Positions 38,115 to 46,673 of a stretch of DNA of 64,000 bases are shown here, piece by piece. The notes under the pieces were generated by a model, which was not told the DNA's origin, did not search any database, and was given only the letters and a program-made list of their open reading frames with translations. Within the stretch, counting starts at the first letter, position 1. Every line of letters begins with the position of its first letter. The DNA is taken from IMG/VR virus record IMGVR_UViG_3300021960_000024. One strand, 5' to 3'. Both the position numbers and the translations under genes were made by a program. The stretch is from an uncultured virus (IMG/VR IMGVR_UViG_3300021960_000024) (lineage: Duplodnaviria; Heunggongvirae; Uroviricota; Caudoviricetes).

Positions 38115-38605
38115 TTGAAATATTTGATAATGTTCTGGGTACTAACAAATATGATCAAGAGATATCCCATTTAAAATGGTCATACGAGTATCAACCAATA
38201 ACTCCACCACTACTCAACAAGCACTGGTATTCTGACGGAAAACCTTTCATTGATGACCTGTTCAAAGATTTGGTAGGATCAATCCAATTAGAGGGTTTAG
38301 ATTCCGTTAACTCCTCTTATATTCTTGGCCACACTCATGGGTTGGAACAACAAGCTCATTATGACGCTTGTGACTTCACCATGATATATTATCCAAAACT
38401 GGATTGGCAATCTGATTGGGGTGGTGGAACATTGATTGGTGACACTCTGGTTTCATATGTTGGTGATCGGTTAGTGATTTTCAGTTGTGACCAGATACAC
38501 CAAGGACAACCAATTTCAAAGTATTGTCAGGAATTGCGGCCAATCGTCGTATTTCAATGTAATGCTAAAAGCGCAATGATAGAAAGATTATCATGGCAGA
38601 GGTAA
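38111..38605 (+). CDS. 2OG-Fe(II) oxygenase (prolyl hydroxylase-like)
   Basis: HYD, WQSDWGGGT, RLVIF, IHQG. Confidence 0.75.
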   Translation: MIEIFDNVLGTNKYDQEISHLKWSYEYQPITPPLLNKHWYSDGKPFIDDLFKDLVGSIQLEGLDSVNSSYILGHTHGLEQQAHYDACDFTMIYYPKLDWQSDWGGGTLIGDTLVSYVGDRLVIFSCDQIHQGQPISKYCQELRPIVVFQCNAKSAMIERLSWQR

Positions 38606-38826
38606 TATCACTGACAGACCTGATTGAGTCTAGACTCAAGAAACAACAGGAGATTGAGTATTATCAGGAAACGCTGATAAAACTACAAAGAAAGATTGCT
38701 GAGTTGGATAAGGAAGTTGGTATCACAACTATAATTATTGACATGATTGAGACTGAAAGGGTCTTGACATTAGATGAAAAACAAGGTAAGATGTTATTGT
38801 TGAATTCGAAAAGGAAAGAAGAATGA
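38593..38826 (+). CDS. Small coiled-coil hypothetical protein
   Basis: Part of a continuous run of ORFs. Confidence 0.55.
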   Translation: MAEVISLTDLIESRLKKQQEIEYYQETLIKLQRKIAELDKEVGITTIIIDMIETERVLTLDEKQGKMLLLNSKRKEE

Positions 38827-38857
38827 GCGCTGTTATGGATACGATTGAGGAAATGCA

Positions 38858-39085
38858 ATGAACAAACGACTTGAGAATAAAATTAATCGGTGGTATGGTG
38901 ATGGTATTCGTACCAGAGTATGGCTTGCAAAACACTGGTATAGATGGATTACATTTGGTTGCACTCAACATTATATTGAGAACTGTGGATGTGGTCCTAA
39001 TAATGGTAAGATCGATGACCCTAAAGGGTTTGCTGAAATTGCAGAATATGCATACGATAATTATGGAGATATGTACAAGAAATGA
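38858..39085 (+). CDS. Hypothetical protein
   Basis: RBS GAGG; stop overlaps next ATG. Confidence 0.45.
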   Translation: MNKRLENKINRWYGDGIRTRVWLAKHWYRWITFGCTQHYIENCGCGPNNGKIDDPKGFAEIAEYAYDNYGDMYKK

Positions 39086-39606
39086 ACATATTCTACCTAG
39101 ACCGTGACCCCGTTGTTGCTGCACAGATGATGTGTGATAAGCATGTGGTCAAGATGATACTGGAGAGCGCACAGATGCTCTCCACTGCCCATCGTGTCCT
39201 TGACGGGGATGAGTATGCTGATCGTAAGGGTCTGTATAAACTGGCTCATAAGAATCATCCAAGCACTATCTGGGTTCGTTCCAGTTTGGAAAATTACACA
39301 TGGTTGTACGACCACATGGTTGCTCTTATGGTAGAGTACACTTATCGGTATGGCAAAAACCATGCTACAGAACGGTTGCTTGCACCATTGTTTAAGTCTC
39401 CCAAGAATATGGATTTTGAAACATTCTTTAGTGATCCACCCCAGTGTATGCCCGAAGAGTGCAAAGGTGATGACACGGTGCTTGCTTATCAGAAGTACTA
39501 TATAGTTGAGAAATCAGGCTTTGCCACTTGGAAGAGTAGAGCAGTACCGGAGTGGTTTAATGCAGAGAGAGAGTCATTGGGATTACATGGGGCGACGAAT
39601 GCGTGA
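39082..39606 (+). CDS. Pyrimidine-dimer DNA glycosylase-like protein
   Basis: MNIFYLD, DKHVVKMILESAQMLSTAH, HKNHPSTIW, YRYGKNH. Confidence 0.7.
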   Translation: MNIFYLDRDPVVAAQMMCDKHVVKMILESAQMLSTAHRVLDGDEYADRKGLYKLAHKNHPSTIWVRSSLENYTWLYDHMVALMVEYTYRYGKNHATERLLAPLFKSPKNMDFETFFSDPPQCMPEECKGDDTVLAYQKYYIVEKSGFATWKSRAVPEWFNAERESLGLHGATNA

Positions 39607-39739
39607 GGAGAGAAATTATATGTATGGTAAGGTTGGTCTAACCAGCATGGAGAGAGAATTACTCAGTAGAGTAGAAGAATTAGAACGTAAGGTTTCCTTG
39701 CTTGGTGGTGACCCTAAACAACTGGAGTTAGACGTATAA
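39560..39739 (+). CDS. Small hypothetical protein
   Basis: RBS GGAG; stop overlaps next ATG. Confidence 0.45.
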   Translation: MQRESHWDYMGRRMREERNYMYGKVGLTSMERELLSRVEELERKVSLLGGDPKQLELDV

Positions 39740-40038
39740 TGCCAACATATACATTTTATGATAAAAAGACAGGTAAGGAATGGGATGATATGATGCCTAA
39801 TTCTGAACGTGAAGAGTATCTAAAGGATAATCCACATATCAGTCAAATCCCCGGTGGGTTTGCTTTTGTCGGTGATCATATCATGGGTATGGGACCAAAA
39901 CAAGATGGTGGTATGACAGAGAACCTTCAGCGGATTGCTGAGGCACATCCCGGTTCTGCCCTTGCTGACCGCTATGGGGGTGAGACTACCAAACAACAAA
40001 AAACTCGTGCAGTTCTTAAAAAGCACGGTGTTGTTTAG
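39739..40038 (+). CDS. Conserved T4-like protein (FmdB-like N-terminus)
   Basis: MPTYTF..YLKDNPH..HPGS. Confidence 0.6.
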   Translation: MPTYTFYDKKTGKEWDDMMPNSEREEYLKDNPHISQIPGGFAFVGDHIMGMGPKQDGGMTENLQRIAEAHPGSALADRYGGETTKQQKTRAVLKKHGVV

Positions 40039-40050
40039 TATAAATAGTAT

Positions 40051-40153
40051 TGATGCGGGCGAGAAATCAAACTTCAGCACTGCTGCACAGCGGCAACGGA
40101 AGCTGGGAAGTCACTCCGCCTATGCATCAGAGGGGGGTCCGAACCCCCCTCTC
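40051..40153 (+). ncRNA. Candidate structured small RNA behind a late promoter
   Basis: TATAAATA at 40039; nested helices TGATGC/GCATCA, GGCG/CGCC, ACTTC/GAAGT, AGC/GCT; then hairpin AGAGGGGGG-tccgaa-CCCCCTCT. Confidence 0.5.
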
Positions 40154-40178
40154 ACTACTTTCATAATAAGGATATATA

Positions 40179-40892
40179 ATGGTCAGTGTTAAGAAGAACA
40201 AAGAGATCAATCACAATAATCTAGTATCAGTCAAACCCATCACTGATAATCAGAAAGTGGTTTTTAAATCATTTAAGGATGGTAAGAACCAGTTCCTATT
40301 TGGTGCTGCGGGTACAGGTAAGACTTTTAGTGCATTGTTTCTTGCACTGCAAGCAGTGATGGACTTGAAGACCAAATATGAGAAGGTCATATTGGTTCGA
40401 TCACTTATCCCTACGAGGGAGATTGGTTTCCTGCCGGGTGATGAAGAAGATAAGGCCGCACTGTATCAGGTGCCATATCAGAACATGGTACAGTTCATGT
40501 TTGAACAACCAAATGAACAGGCGTTCAGCAATCTGTATGATCGTCTCAAGGGACAGGGTACACTCTACTTCCTATCAACTTCTTTCCTAAGAGGGTTGAC
40601 ATTTGATAACGCAATCATTATAGTAGATGAATGCCAGAATATGAATTTCCACGAACTTGATACTATTGTCACCCGTGTTGGTCAAGACTCAAAGATTATG
40701 TTCTGTGGTGACTTTGATCAGACTGATTTACAGAGGACAAATGAAAAAAATGGATTACATGACTTCCTCAGAATTCTTGAGGAGATGGAAGAGTTTAACT
40801 GTACTGAGTTTACTATCGGTGATATTGTCCGTAGTGGCTTCGTTCGTAGTTATCTCATTAATAAGATTAAGCTTGGGATAGGAATGGAATAA
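40179..40892 (+). CDS. phoH: PhoH-like ATPase
   Basis: GAAGTGKT, IGFLPG, FLRGLTF, IVDECQN, GDFDQTD, DIVRSG. Confidence 0.93.
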   Translation: MVSVKKNKEINHNNLVSVKPITDNQKVVFKSFKDGKNQFLFGAAGTGKTFSALFLALQAVMDLKTKYEKVILVRSLIPTREIGFLPGDEEDKAALYQVPYQNMVQFMFEQPNEQAFSNLYDRLKGQGTLYFLSTSFLRGLTFDNAIIIVDECQNMNFHELDTIVTRVGQDSKIMFCGDFDQTDLQRTNEKNGLHDFLRILEEMEEFNCTEFTIGDIVRSGFVRSYLINKIKLGIGME

Positions 40893-41335
40893 TGAATTTA
40901 GAACAATTTAGAGAACAACTCGAAATCGACGAGGGAGTTAAATATGAGGTATATAATGACCATCTTGGTTATGCTACTTTTGGCGTCGGCCATTTGGTCC
41001 TTGAGTCTGACCCCGAATACGGTGATCCCATCGGCGCTCCCGTCAGTGAGTCCAGAGTCATTGAGGCCTTCGAACAGGATTGCGAAAACGTCTTGCGAGA
41101 CTGCCACATCCTTTACGAAGACTTTGACGATCTGCCAGAAGAAGCTCAGCAAGTGATTGCTAACATGATGTTCAATATGGGCCGACCTCGCCTGAGTAGA
41201 TTCAAGGGTATGAAACGTGGTGTGGATTCCCGTGATTGGAATGCCGCCGCAGATGAGATGGTTGACTCGGCGTGGTATCGTCAGGTCACCAATCGAGCAA
41301 ATAGACTAGTTGACAGGATTCGTGCTTTGGCATGA
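40892..41335 (+). CDS. Lysozyme (GH24) endolysin
   Basis: DEG..VYNDHLGYATFGVGH, MMFNMG, SAWYRQ..RA. Confidence 0.85.
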   Translation: MNLEQFREQLEIDEGVKYEVYNDHLGYATFGVGHLVLESDPEYGDPIGAPVSESRVIEAFEQDCENVLRDCHILYEDFDDLPEEAQQVIANMMFNMGRPRLSRFKGMKRGVDSRDWNAAADEMVDSAWYRQVTNRANRLVDRIRALA

Positions 41336-41922
41336 CGATATTATCGACTAAAAAATATCTCTTTATTAAAGTGCAGAAAACTGGTGGAACGACTATATTT
41401 AAACAAATGTTGCATCATGATTCTGGTGCTAAAGTTATACAAAGAATTCGAGATGGACAAGCAACTTTTCATGTTGAATCTTCTTGGATAAAAGAAGGTG
41501 TATTTCCAAAATTAGGTTTGGAATGGGATGAGTATTTCAAATTTGGTTTTGTAAGAAATCCTTGGGATAGAGAATTATCAAATTATTTTTACAATGGGGG
41601 AAAATTTAAACCCCCAGAAGATATTTCTTTTAAAGAATGGTTAAATATGAATTTAAGAAAAGACGGACTAATTCATGATCATAACACACCTCAATGTGAT
41701 TATCTAACTGATGTAGATTACATAGCACGGTTTGAGAATTATGATGAAGAAGTTAAATATTTGTTTCCAAAAATATGTGTCGATTGGGCCCAAAATTATA
41801 AGCATTATAACAAGACAGACCATAAACCTTATTGGGAATACTATGATGATGCAGATATAATGAAAGTTCATCAGTGGTATGAGAAAGACATCGAAATGTA
41901 TAATTATGAGTTTGGAGAATAA
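41332..41922 (+). CDS. Sulfotransferase
   Basis: KVQKTGGTTI PAPS loop, FVRNPWDRELSNY, RFEN, YEKDIEMYNY. Confidence 0.8.
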   Translation: MTILSTKKYLFIKVQKTGGTTIFKQMLHHDSGAKVIQRIRDGQATFHVESSWIKEGVFPKLGLEWDEYFKFGFVRNPWDRELSNYFYNGGKFKPPEDISFKEWLNMNLRKDGLIHDHNTPQCDYLTDVDYIARFENYDEEVKYLFPKICVDWAQNYKHYNKTDHKPYWEYYDDADIMKVHQWYEKDIEMYNYEFGE

Positions 41923-42389
41923 TGAAGATTTTAGTGATGGGTCTGCCGGGATCAGGTAAGAGTACATTTGCTGAACCTCTGGCCAAAAGTTTATTTGGTA
42001 TATGGATAAATGCAGATCAAGTAAGAGAGAAATACGATGATTGGGACTTCTCTGATAAGGGACGTATTCGACAATCACAGAGAATGAAACACCTTTCAGA
42101 TGGGGTGGTCATGGCTGGTGGAGTTGCAATTGCAGACTTCATTTGTCCTACAGAAGAAACACGCCGAGAGTTTGACGCAGATTTCATAATATGGATGGCA
42201 ACAATAGGTGTCGGTAAATATGAGGATACCAATAAGATTTTCATAGAACCCGAAGATTATGATATAAGGATAGAAAAATGGATAGATACAAACCAACTGT
42301 TCAAATGCTTGGACGGTTTCAACCATGGCATAAAGGACACAGAGAACTTTTCAAGAGAGCTCACGCAAAGACTGGCCAAGTTGCAATAA
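41922..42389 (+). CDS. cysC: Adenylylsulfate kinase-like P-loop kinase
   Basis: GLPGSGKST, NADQVR, DWDFSDKGRIRQ, DFICP. Confidence 0.7.
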   Translation: MKILVMGLPGSGKSTFAEPLAKSLFGIWINADQVREKYDDWDFSDKGRIRQSQRMKHLSDGVVMAGGVAIADFICPTEETRREFDADFIIWMATIGVGKYEDTNKIFIEPEDYDIRIEKWIDTNQLFKCLDGFNHGIKDTENFSRELTQRLAKLQ

Positions 42390-42607
42390 TGGTTCGACTC
42401 ACTGGTGAGGGATGGTTTGATCAACCAGACGTTATTGCTGATCTTAAAAATCACGGATATGAGTATGATAAGGATTATATTATTATGCACGTTCCGAATA
42501 TAGTGAATATCACATATGGTAGAGATGTTGGGTATGATATTGAGCAAGAACATCTTGGTGAAGAAATAGAAAAGATTTCTGCGACAAGGATTCGTGCGTT
42601 ATCATAG
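42278..42607 (+). CDS. HxGH nucleotidyltransferase
   Basis: LGRFQPWHKGH, YGRDVGY, ISATRIR. Confidence 0.75.
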   Translation: MDRYKPTVQMLGRFQPWHKGHRELFKRAHAKTGQVAIMVRLTGEGWFDQPDVIADLKNHGYEYDKDYIIMHVPNIVNITYGRDVGYDIEQEHLGEEIEKISATRIRALS

Positions 42608-42638
42608 GTTATAAATATATGATAAATGGAGATTAAAT

Positions 42639-42986
42639 ATGACAACTTACACAGTCACAAGAGTTATAACAAGACCTAACACTTCAACTCAATGGCCGAG
42701 GGAAGATTTGGGGTTAAGTGGTGAGGGTCGCATTCTCGAAAATGTTACCATCTCCACTAGTTTTGATAGCGATAATCTAGTGCAAACAAGTAGTTATGTT
42801 TGGGCATCCAAAGCAGATTATATAAACAATCTTCCTAGTGAAGATAACCCCGCCCCTAACTGGATCAAACGGCGGGATCAATATAATACACATATGTCCT
42901 CAAACAACATAACTGGCAGAATTACAGGAGAAGATGGTACAGTTAAGGTTTTTAATAGCTCTAATAATACTTGGGAAGAGGAATAG
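42639..42986 (+). CDS. Late hypothetical protein
   Basis: TATAAATA at 42610; RBS GGAG. Confidence 0.55.
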   Translation: MTTYTVTRVITRPNTSTQWPREDLGLSGEGRILENVTISTSFDSDNLVQTSSYVWASKADYINNLPSEDNPAPNWIKRRDQYNTHMSSNNITGRITGEDGTVKVFNSSNNTWEEE

Positions 42987-42997
42987 AAAATTAAATA

Positions 42998-43714
42998 ATG
43001 TTTAATCATGTAGGGGTGGAGTTGCAACCCATAACAGCAACTAATAAGGACGGTGTTCGTCTATATGAGACACCAGAGGGTAATAAGTATCCATCAATCA
43101 CAACAGTTCTATCAGTCCGTAATAAGAAGGGACTGATGGAGTGGCGTAAGAGGGTAGGTAATGAAGTTGCCAACCATGTAGCACGAACTGCTGCGAATCG
43201 TGGCACTAAGGTTCACCACATGTGTGAAGATTACCTCAACAACATGCCGACCAATTTCCCCAAGGAATGGGCGAAACACAAGAAGAATTTCCTGCCATAT
43301 TGTCTTTTTGGTCAACTTGCAGACAAAGCATTATGCAATATTGATAACATATATGCACAAGAAGCAGGACTCTATAGTGATAAATATAAGGTAGCGGGAA
43401 GGGTTGATTGTATTGCAGAGTACAATGGTGTACCGTCGATTATCGACTTCAAGACATCAACCAAAGAGCGTAAAGACGAATGGAACGAAAGTTATTACAT
43501 TCAGGGTTCTGCGTATGCAGAGATGTTCGGAGAAAGAACTGGCATAGAAATCTCTCAGGTAGTGATTTTAGTAGTAACAGAGGATGGAACTGTCCAAGAG
43601 TTTGTAAGAGACAAACACGAATACCTTGATGCTCTAGTGGAAACCGTTGCAGAATGGAGCAAACAGAATGAAACCTCTAGTAGCAGTACTGGCAGTGTTT
43701 CTGTTAATGGGTAG
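42998..43714 (+). CDS. PD-(D/E)xK exonuclease
   Basis: YPSITTVL, RGTKVH, AGRVDCIAE, IIDFKTS, YYIQ..AYA. Confidence 0.85.
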   Translation: MFNHVGVELQPITATNKDGVRLYETPEGNKYPSITTVLSVRNKKGLMEWRKRVGNEVANHVARTAANRGTKVHHMCEDYLNNMPTNFPKEWAKHKKNFLPYCLFGQLADKALCNIDNIYAQEAGLYSDKYKVAGRVDCIAEYNGVPSIIDFKTSTKERKDEWNESYYIQGSAYAEMFGERTGIEISQVVILVVTEDGTVQEFVRDKHEYLDALVETVAEWSKQNETSSSSTGSVSVNG

Positions 43715-44042
43715 CCAAACCTTAGCGCAAGAAACAATTCCAGAACCACAAGATTTAAAAGAATTTCCAAATTGGATTGTAACACAGAAACCTGTGTTAT
43801 GCGGTCCTGTAAAGGAAGTTATGGATAAGGTCAAAGAGTTTGGTGAAGAATCAATTTCCGCTTGGGTAGATGCAGAACAGAAAAGTGTTGTCATGTCCTA
43901 TATAAATGAAACCACGGGTACAGCCACAGTATTAGAAATACAGGGTAAGTGGGCGTGTATTTTAAGTCAGGGAGTGGGTGGAACTTTACTTTCATTACCA
44001 AAAAAAATTAAAGGAATGCCAATAAAGCACTTGACTTATTAA
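43668..44042 (+). CDS. Secreted hypothetical protein
   Basis: Signal peptide; KPVLC...ACIL. Confidence 0.55.
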   Translation: MKPLVAVLAVFLLMGSQTLAQETIPEPQDLKEFPNWIVTQKPVLCGPVKEVMDKVKEFGEESISAWVDAEQKSVVMSYINETTGTATVLEIQGKWACILSQGVGGTLLSLPKKIKGMPIKHLTY

Positions 44043-44065
44043 TCCCCGTGTGTTATATATAAGAT

Positions 44066-44475
44066 ACAATTTGATGATACGAATTGAATACAGAACTGGA
44101 CGGGGGTGCGATACCCCCCGCCTCCACCAAAAGGAGATTGTCATGAAAGAGATGATATCAGGAGATTCAGATGAAGAATCCTCTAGTAAAAAAAATATCG
44201 GTATTTATGTTTAAGTTATATATTCTTTGGAGTGTATGCGCTGATATTATTCTCATTTCTGGTATCATAGCCTTGTTACTTGGTTATGGTAAAATCTCTT
44301 TTTGATGGGGGCGAAATAGGATCGACAGGCTGGAATAGATGAGTGGAGAATTGTCGGATGACTGCGTTATTGGTCAAATTTCTAAATGCAAACGATAATG
44401 CAAACTATGGAGATTACGCTCTAGCAGCATAATCTTTCGGGGTTCGGTGGGTTCCTTGCAACAGAATACCCACCA
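44066..44475 (+). ncRNA. ssrA: Circularly permuted two-piece tmRNA (alphaproteobacterial type); outer ends approximate
   Basis: Acceptor piece ends GGGGGTGCGATACCCCC-CGCCTCCACCA at 44129; coding piece starts GGGGGCGAAATAGGATCGAC at 44307; G3.U wobble; tag ANDNANYGDYALAA* at 44388-44432; TTGACT promoter at 44031. Confidence 0.92.
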
Positions 44476-44493
44476 CTTTATTCAAAAAGAGTA

Positions 44494-44522
44494 TTGACAA
44501 ATATATAATAACCTGTTATACT
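44494..44522 (+). promoter_or_regulatory. Sigma70-like promoter
   Basis: TTGACA-17-TATACT. Confidence 0.75.
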
Positions 44523-44532
44523 CTGTATATAA

Positions 44533-44581
44533 TGTCACTGATGAGTTTGTGAAATTCAAACGAAACACTTTGTGTCTGACA
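44533..44581 (+). ncRNA. Hammerhead ribozyme (type I)
   Basis: TGTCA-CTGATGA-GTTTG(tgaaatt)CAAAC-GAAA-CAC(ttt)GTG-TC-TGACA: complete core and three helices. Confidence 0.88.
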
Positions 44582-44622
44582 AATATTGTCTAACTTATCA
44601 TCTTGAAAGGATGAATTATACT

Positions 44623-44892
44623 ATGACTAAAACTACGACTAAGACTTCTAAGGTTATTGCCGCTCTCGAAAACGGTACTGAACTTACTGCGAAACAGATT
44701 AGCGCTCGATATGGCGTTAAGAATGTTCGAGCGCTCATGAGCTCACTTCGTATGCAGGGATATCCTGTATATCTCAACAAACGCACTAGTGTGTTTGAAG
44801 GTGAGACTAAGGTTTACAATAAGTATCGTATTGGTAAGCCAACCCGTGCTGTGATTGCTGCTGGTTATCGTGCTCTTGCACAGGGTGTCTGA
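44623..44892 (+). CDS. Small HTH-like DNA-binding protein
   Basis: LTAKQISARYGVKNVRALMSSLRMQGYPVYLN; YRIGKPTRAVIAAGY. Confidence 0.65.
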   Translation: MTKTTTKTSKVIAALENGTELTAKQISARYGVKNVRALMSSLRMQGYPVYLNKRTSVFEGETKVYNKYRIGKPTRAVIAAGYRALAQGV

Positions 44893-44988
44893 TTAACAGA
44901 CTAAATACCACTACTAACGGGTGATGCCGTAATACATCCGTGAGGGGCCAACGGTTAGCCCCTCAACTTTTAAAGGGAGACTAAACAA

Positions 44989-45360
44989 ATGAAGAAACTA
45001 ATGATCGGAGTTGCACTAGCAACTTGTATTTCAAGTGTTGCTATGGCAGAAGAGAAGAAAGTTTCATCTGTTCTACCTAAAATTGACATGTCCTTTGTGA
45101 CTGATACTGAGCGTAATGTAACTCAGGAAACAACCTCTACAAAATTTGGTGTGGTTGCTGGAATTAAGGGATTTGATCTGTCAGTTAAACCATCGTTTAG
45201 CTGGGACGACAGTGAAATTTCTAATGTTGAGTTTTGGGGTGGATATACATTTGATGTGAATGAATCCTTTGGTATTACACCTTATGGTGAAGTCAATTTC
45301 AATAATGATTTTGAAACCGCCGATAAAATTGTCGGTGTTAAGACTGAATATAAGTTCTAA
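44989..45360 (+). CDS. Small outer-membrane beta-barrel-like protein
   Basis: Signal peptide; amphipathic beta strands; C-terminal VGVKTEYKF. Confidence 0.6.
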   Translation: MKKLMIGVALATCISSVAMAEEKKVSSVLPKIDMSFVTDTERNVTQETTSTKFGVVAGIKGFDLSVKPSFSWDDSEISNVEFWGGYTFDVNESFGITPYGEVNFNNDFETADKIVGVKTEYKF

Positions 45361-45372
45361 GACTAAAGGTTA

Positions 45373-45403
45373 CGGGGTTCCTTTCAAAAACCCCCATTTT
45401 TTA
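45373..45403 (+). terminator. Intrinsic terminator
   Basis: GGGGTT...AACCCC followed by a T-run. Confidence 0.6.
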
Positions 45404-45419
45404 TTTTAATGGAGTACAC

Positions 45420-45638
45420 ATGGCACTGAATACTGCAAAGACATTTTCGATGGAAATCGAACGTATTGCAAACGAAAAGAATATCACTCATTTGGAAGCA
45501 GTCCTTGACTATTGCCATCGTCAAGAGATTGAACCCGATACAGTGGGCCGTCTTATTTCCAAGAGTCTCAAAGAGAAGATTGAAGCAAACGCACGGGAAC
45601 TAAACTTTCTTCCAAGACAGGCACAGCTTCCAGTATGA
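45420..45638 (+). CDS. gp33: Late transcription coactivator (T4 gp33)
   Basis: FSMEIE, HLEAVLDYC, SLKEKIEANARELNFL; lies before gp59. Confidence 0.85.
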   Translation: MALNTAKTFSMEIERIANEKNITHLEAVLDYCHRQEIEPDTVGRLISKSLKEKIEANARELNFLPRQAQLPV

Positions 45639-45757
45639 CATATGAACTGAAAGTTCCAAACGGAACATACAGGGCAAATAATTTATTTGTTCTATTCTTC
45701 ACTGTAGTCAAACATAGACTGCATCATTTAATTAAAGACAGGAAGTTTATGGACTGA
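45635..45757 (+). CDS. Small hypothetical protein
   Basis: Coupled by ATGA and TGATG overlaps on both sides. Confidence 0.45.
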   Translation: MTYELKVPNGTYRANNLFVLFFTVVKHRLHHLIKDRKFMD

Positions 45758-45903
45758 TGAAACATCTCAAGGAAAACAACACTAACTATTTTATGCACCT
45801 TGCTCATGCGTGGGTGATGGCTATTGTTCTAATTATTCACGGGGTAATCCCCTGCATTTTAACTGATTGGGTATCGAAGCGTATCTGTAATGGAACCGAT
45901 TGA
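45757..45903 (+). CDS. Small membrane protein
   Basis: MKHLKENNTNYFMHL..IHGVIP. Confidence 0.5.
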   Translation: MKHLKENNTNYFMHLAHAWVMAIVLIIHGVIPCILTDWVSKRICNGTD

Positions 45904-46471
45904 CGTTTATCTAATGTACTGTGCTATGAAAGCACACTTTGGTAAGGGTGACTATGACTTTGTAACATACAAGGGCAAGACTCGTATCAAGAGAGACACC
46001 TTCTATAAACGTAAGGACAGATCGTTCTTCGTAAAACTTTCACGCAAGTACAACACAGAACAAGAAATTCAAAACTACTTTGTATCAAATTTCATCAAGG
46101 ACAAGAAGGGGTATATTGCCAACTTCAATGATGAGAACTACGAGTCATGGAAACTAAAACGACAGGGTTTCTTTGATCTGTTTGAGGTAGAGATGAAACC
46201 TCTTGTAGAAGCGTTTGAGGATTTGTTCACAGTAACGAATGGGCAGCACCCAAAATTAATGAAAGAGTTTCTAGGTGGCCGAGTGTCATTAGAGACATTG
46301 ATCATACTAGATGAGCTGGTCAACTTTGGACCAGATTGGAATAAACAATTAGAGGATGATATCATATGGATTGATTTAGATAATCTGATGAATAATTACG
46401 AAAGGTTCTTGACAATTGATCAAGAACAGTATAAGATAAGACTATTAAAACTCATAGAGGAGTCCAGTTGA
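45890..46471 (+). CDS. gp59: Helicase loader (T4 gp59)
   Basis: YLMYCAMKAHF, YDFVTYKGK, KRKDRSFFVKLSRK. Confidence 0.85.
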   Translation: MEPIDVYLMYCAMKAHFGKGDYDFVTYKGKTRIKRDTFYKRKDRSFFVKLSRKYNTEQEIQNYFVSNFIKDKKGYIANFNDENYESWKLKRQGFFDLFEVEMKPLVEAFEDLFTVTNGQHPKLMKEFLGGRVSLETLIILDELVNFGPDWNKQLEDDIIWIDLDNLMNNYERFLTIDQEQYKIRLLKLIEESS

Positions 46472-46665
46472 TGGATAGAGTAGAGGGGTTCTTTGAGGCA
46501 CGGTGCCGGGAACTAGAAAAAGAAGTGAAGGCAATGCAATTTGTCAACGCTGAGATGTCGGTTAAAAACGACGAACTGTCGGAGCGAGTTAAGACACTTG
46601 CTAATCGCCAACCCACTTGGCCAAAGGGTTATAAACCTCAGCGTAGGTTTAACTCTAACAAGTAG
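46468..46665 (+). CDS. Small coiled-coil protein
   Basis: RBS GAGGAG. Confidence 0.5.
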   Translation: MMDRVEGFFEARCRELEKEVKAMQFVNAEMSVKNDELSERVKTLANRQPTWPKGYKPQRRFNSNK

Positions 46666-46673
46666 ATGGAATA

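Noticed and set aside
39935..40192. 85-aa ORF spanning the region upstream of phoH
   Set aside because: Overlaps a real gene, lacks an RBS and crosses a structured element better explained as RNA
42998..43714. Cas4 or CRISPR-associated role
   Set aside because: A standalone PD-(D/E)xK exonuclease common in T4-like phages; no Fe-S cysteine set evident and no array
44572..44622. N-terminal extension of the HTH ORF from the GTG at 44572
   Set aside because: Lies inside the hammerhead; the RBS GAAAGGA supports a later ATG
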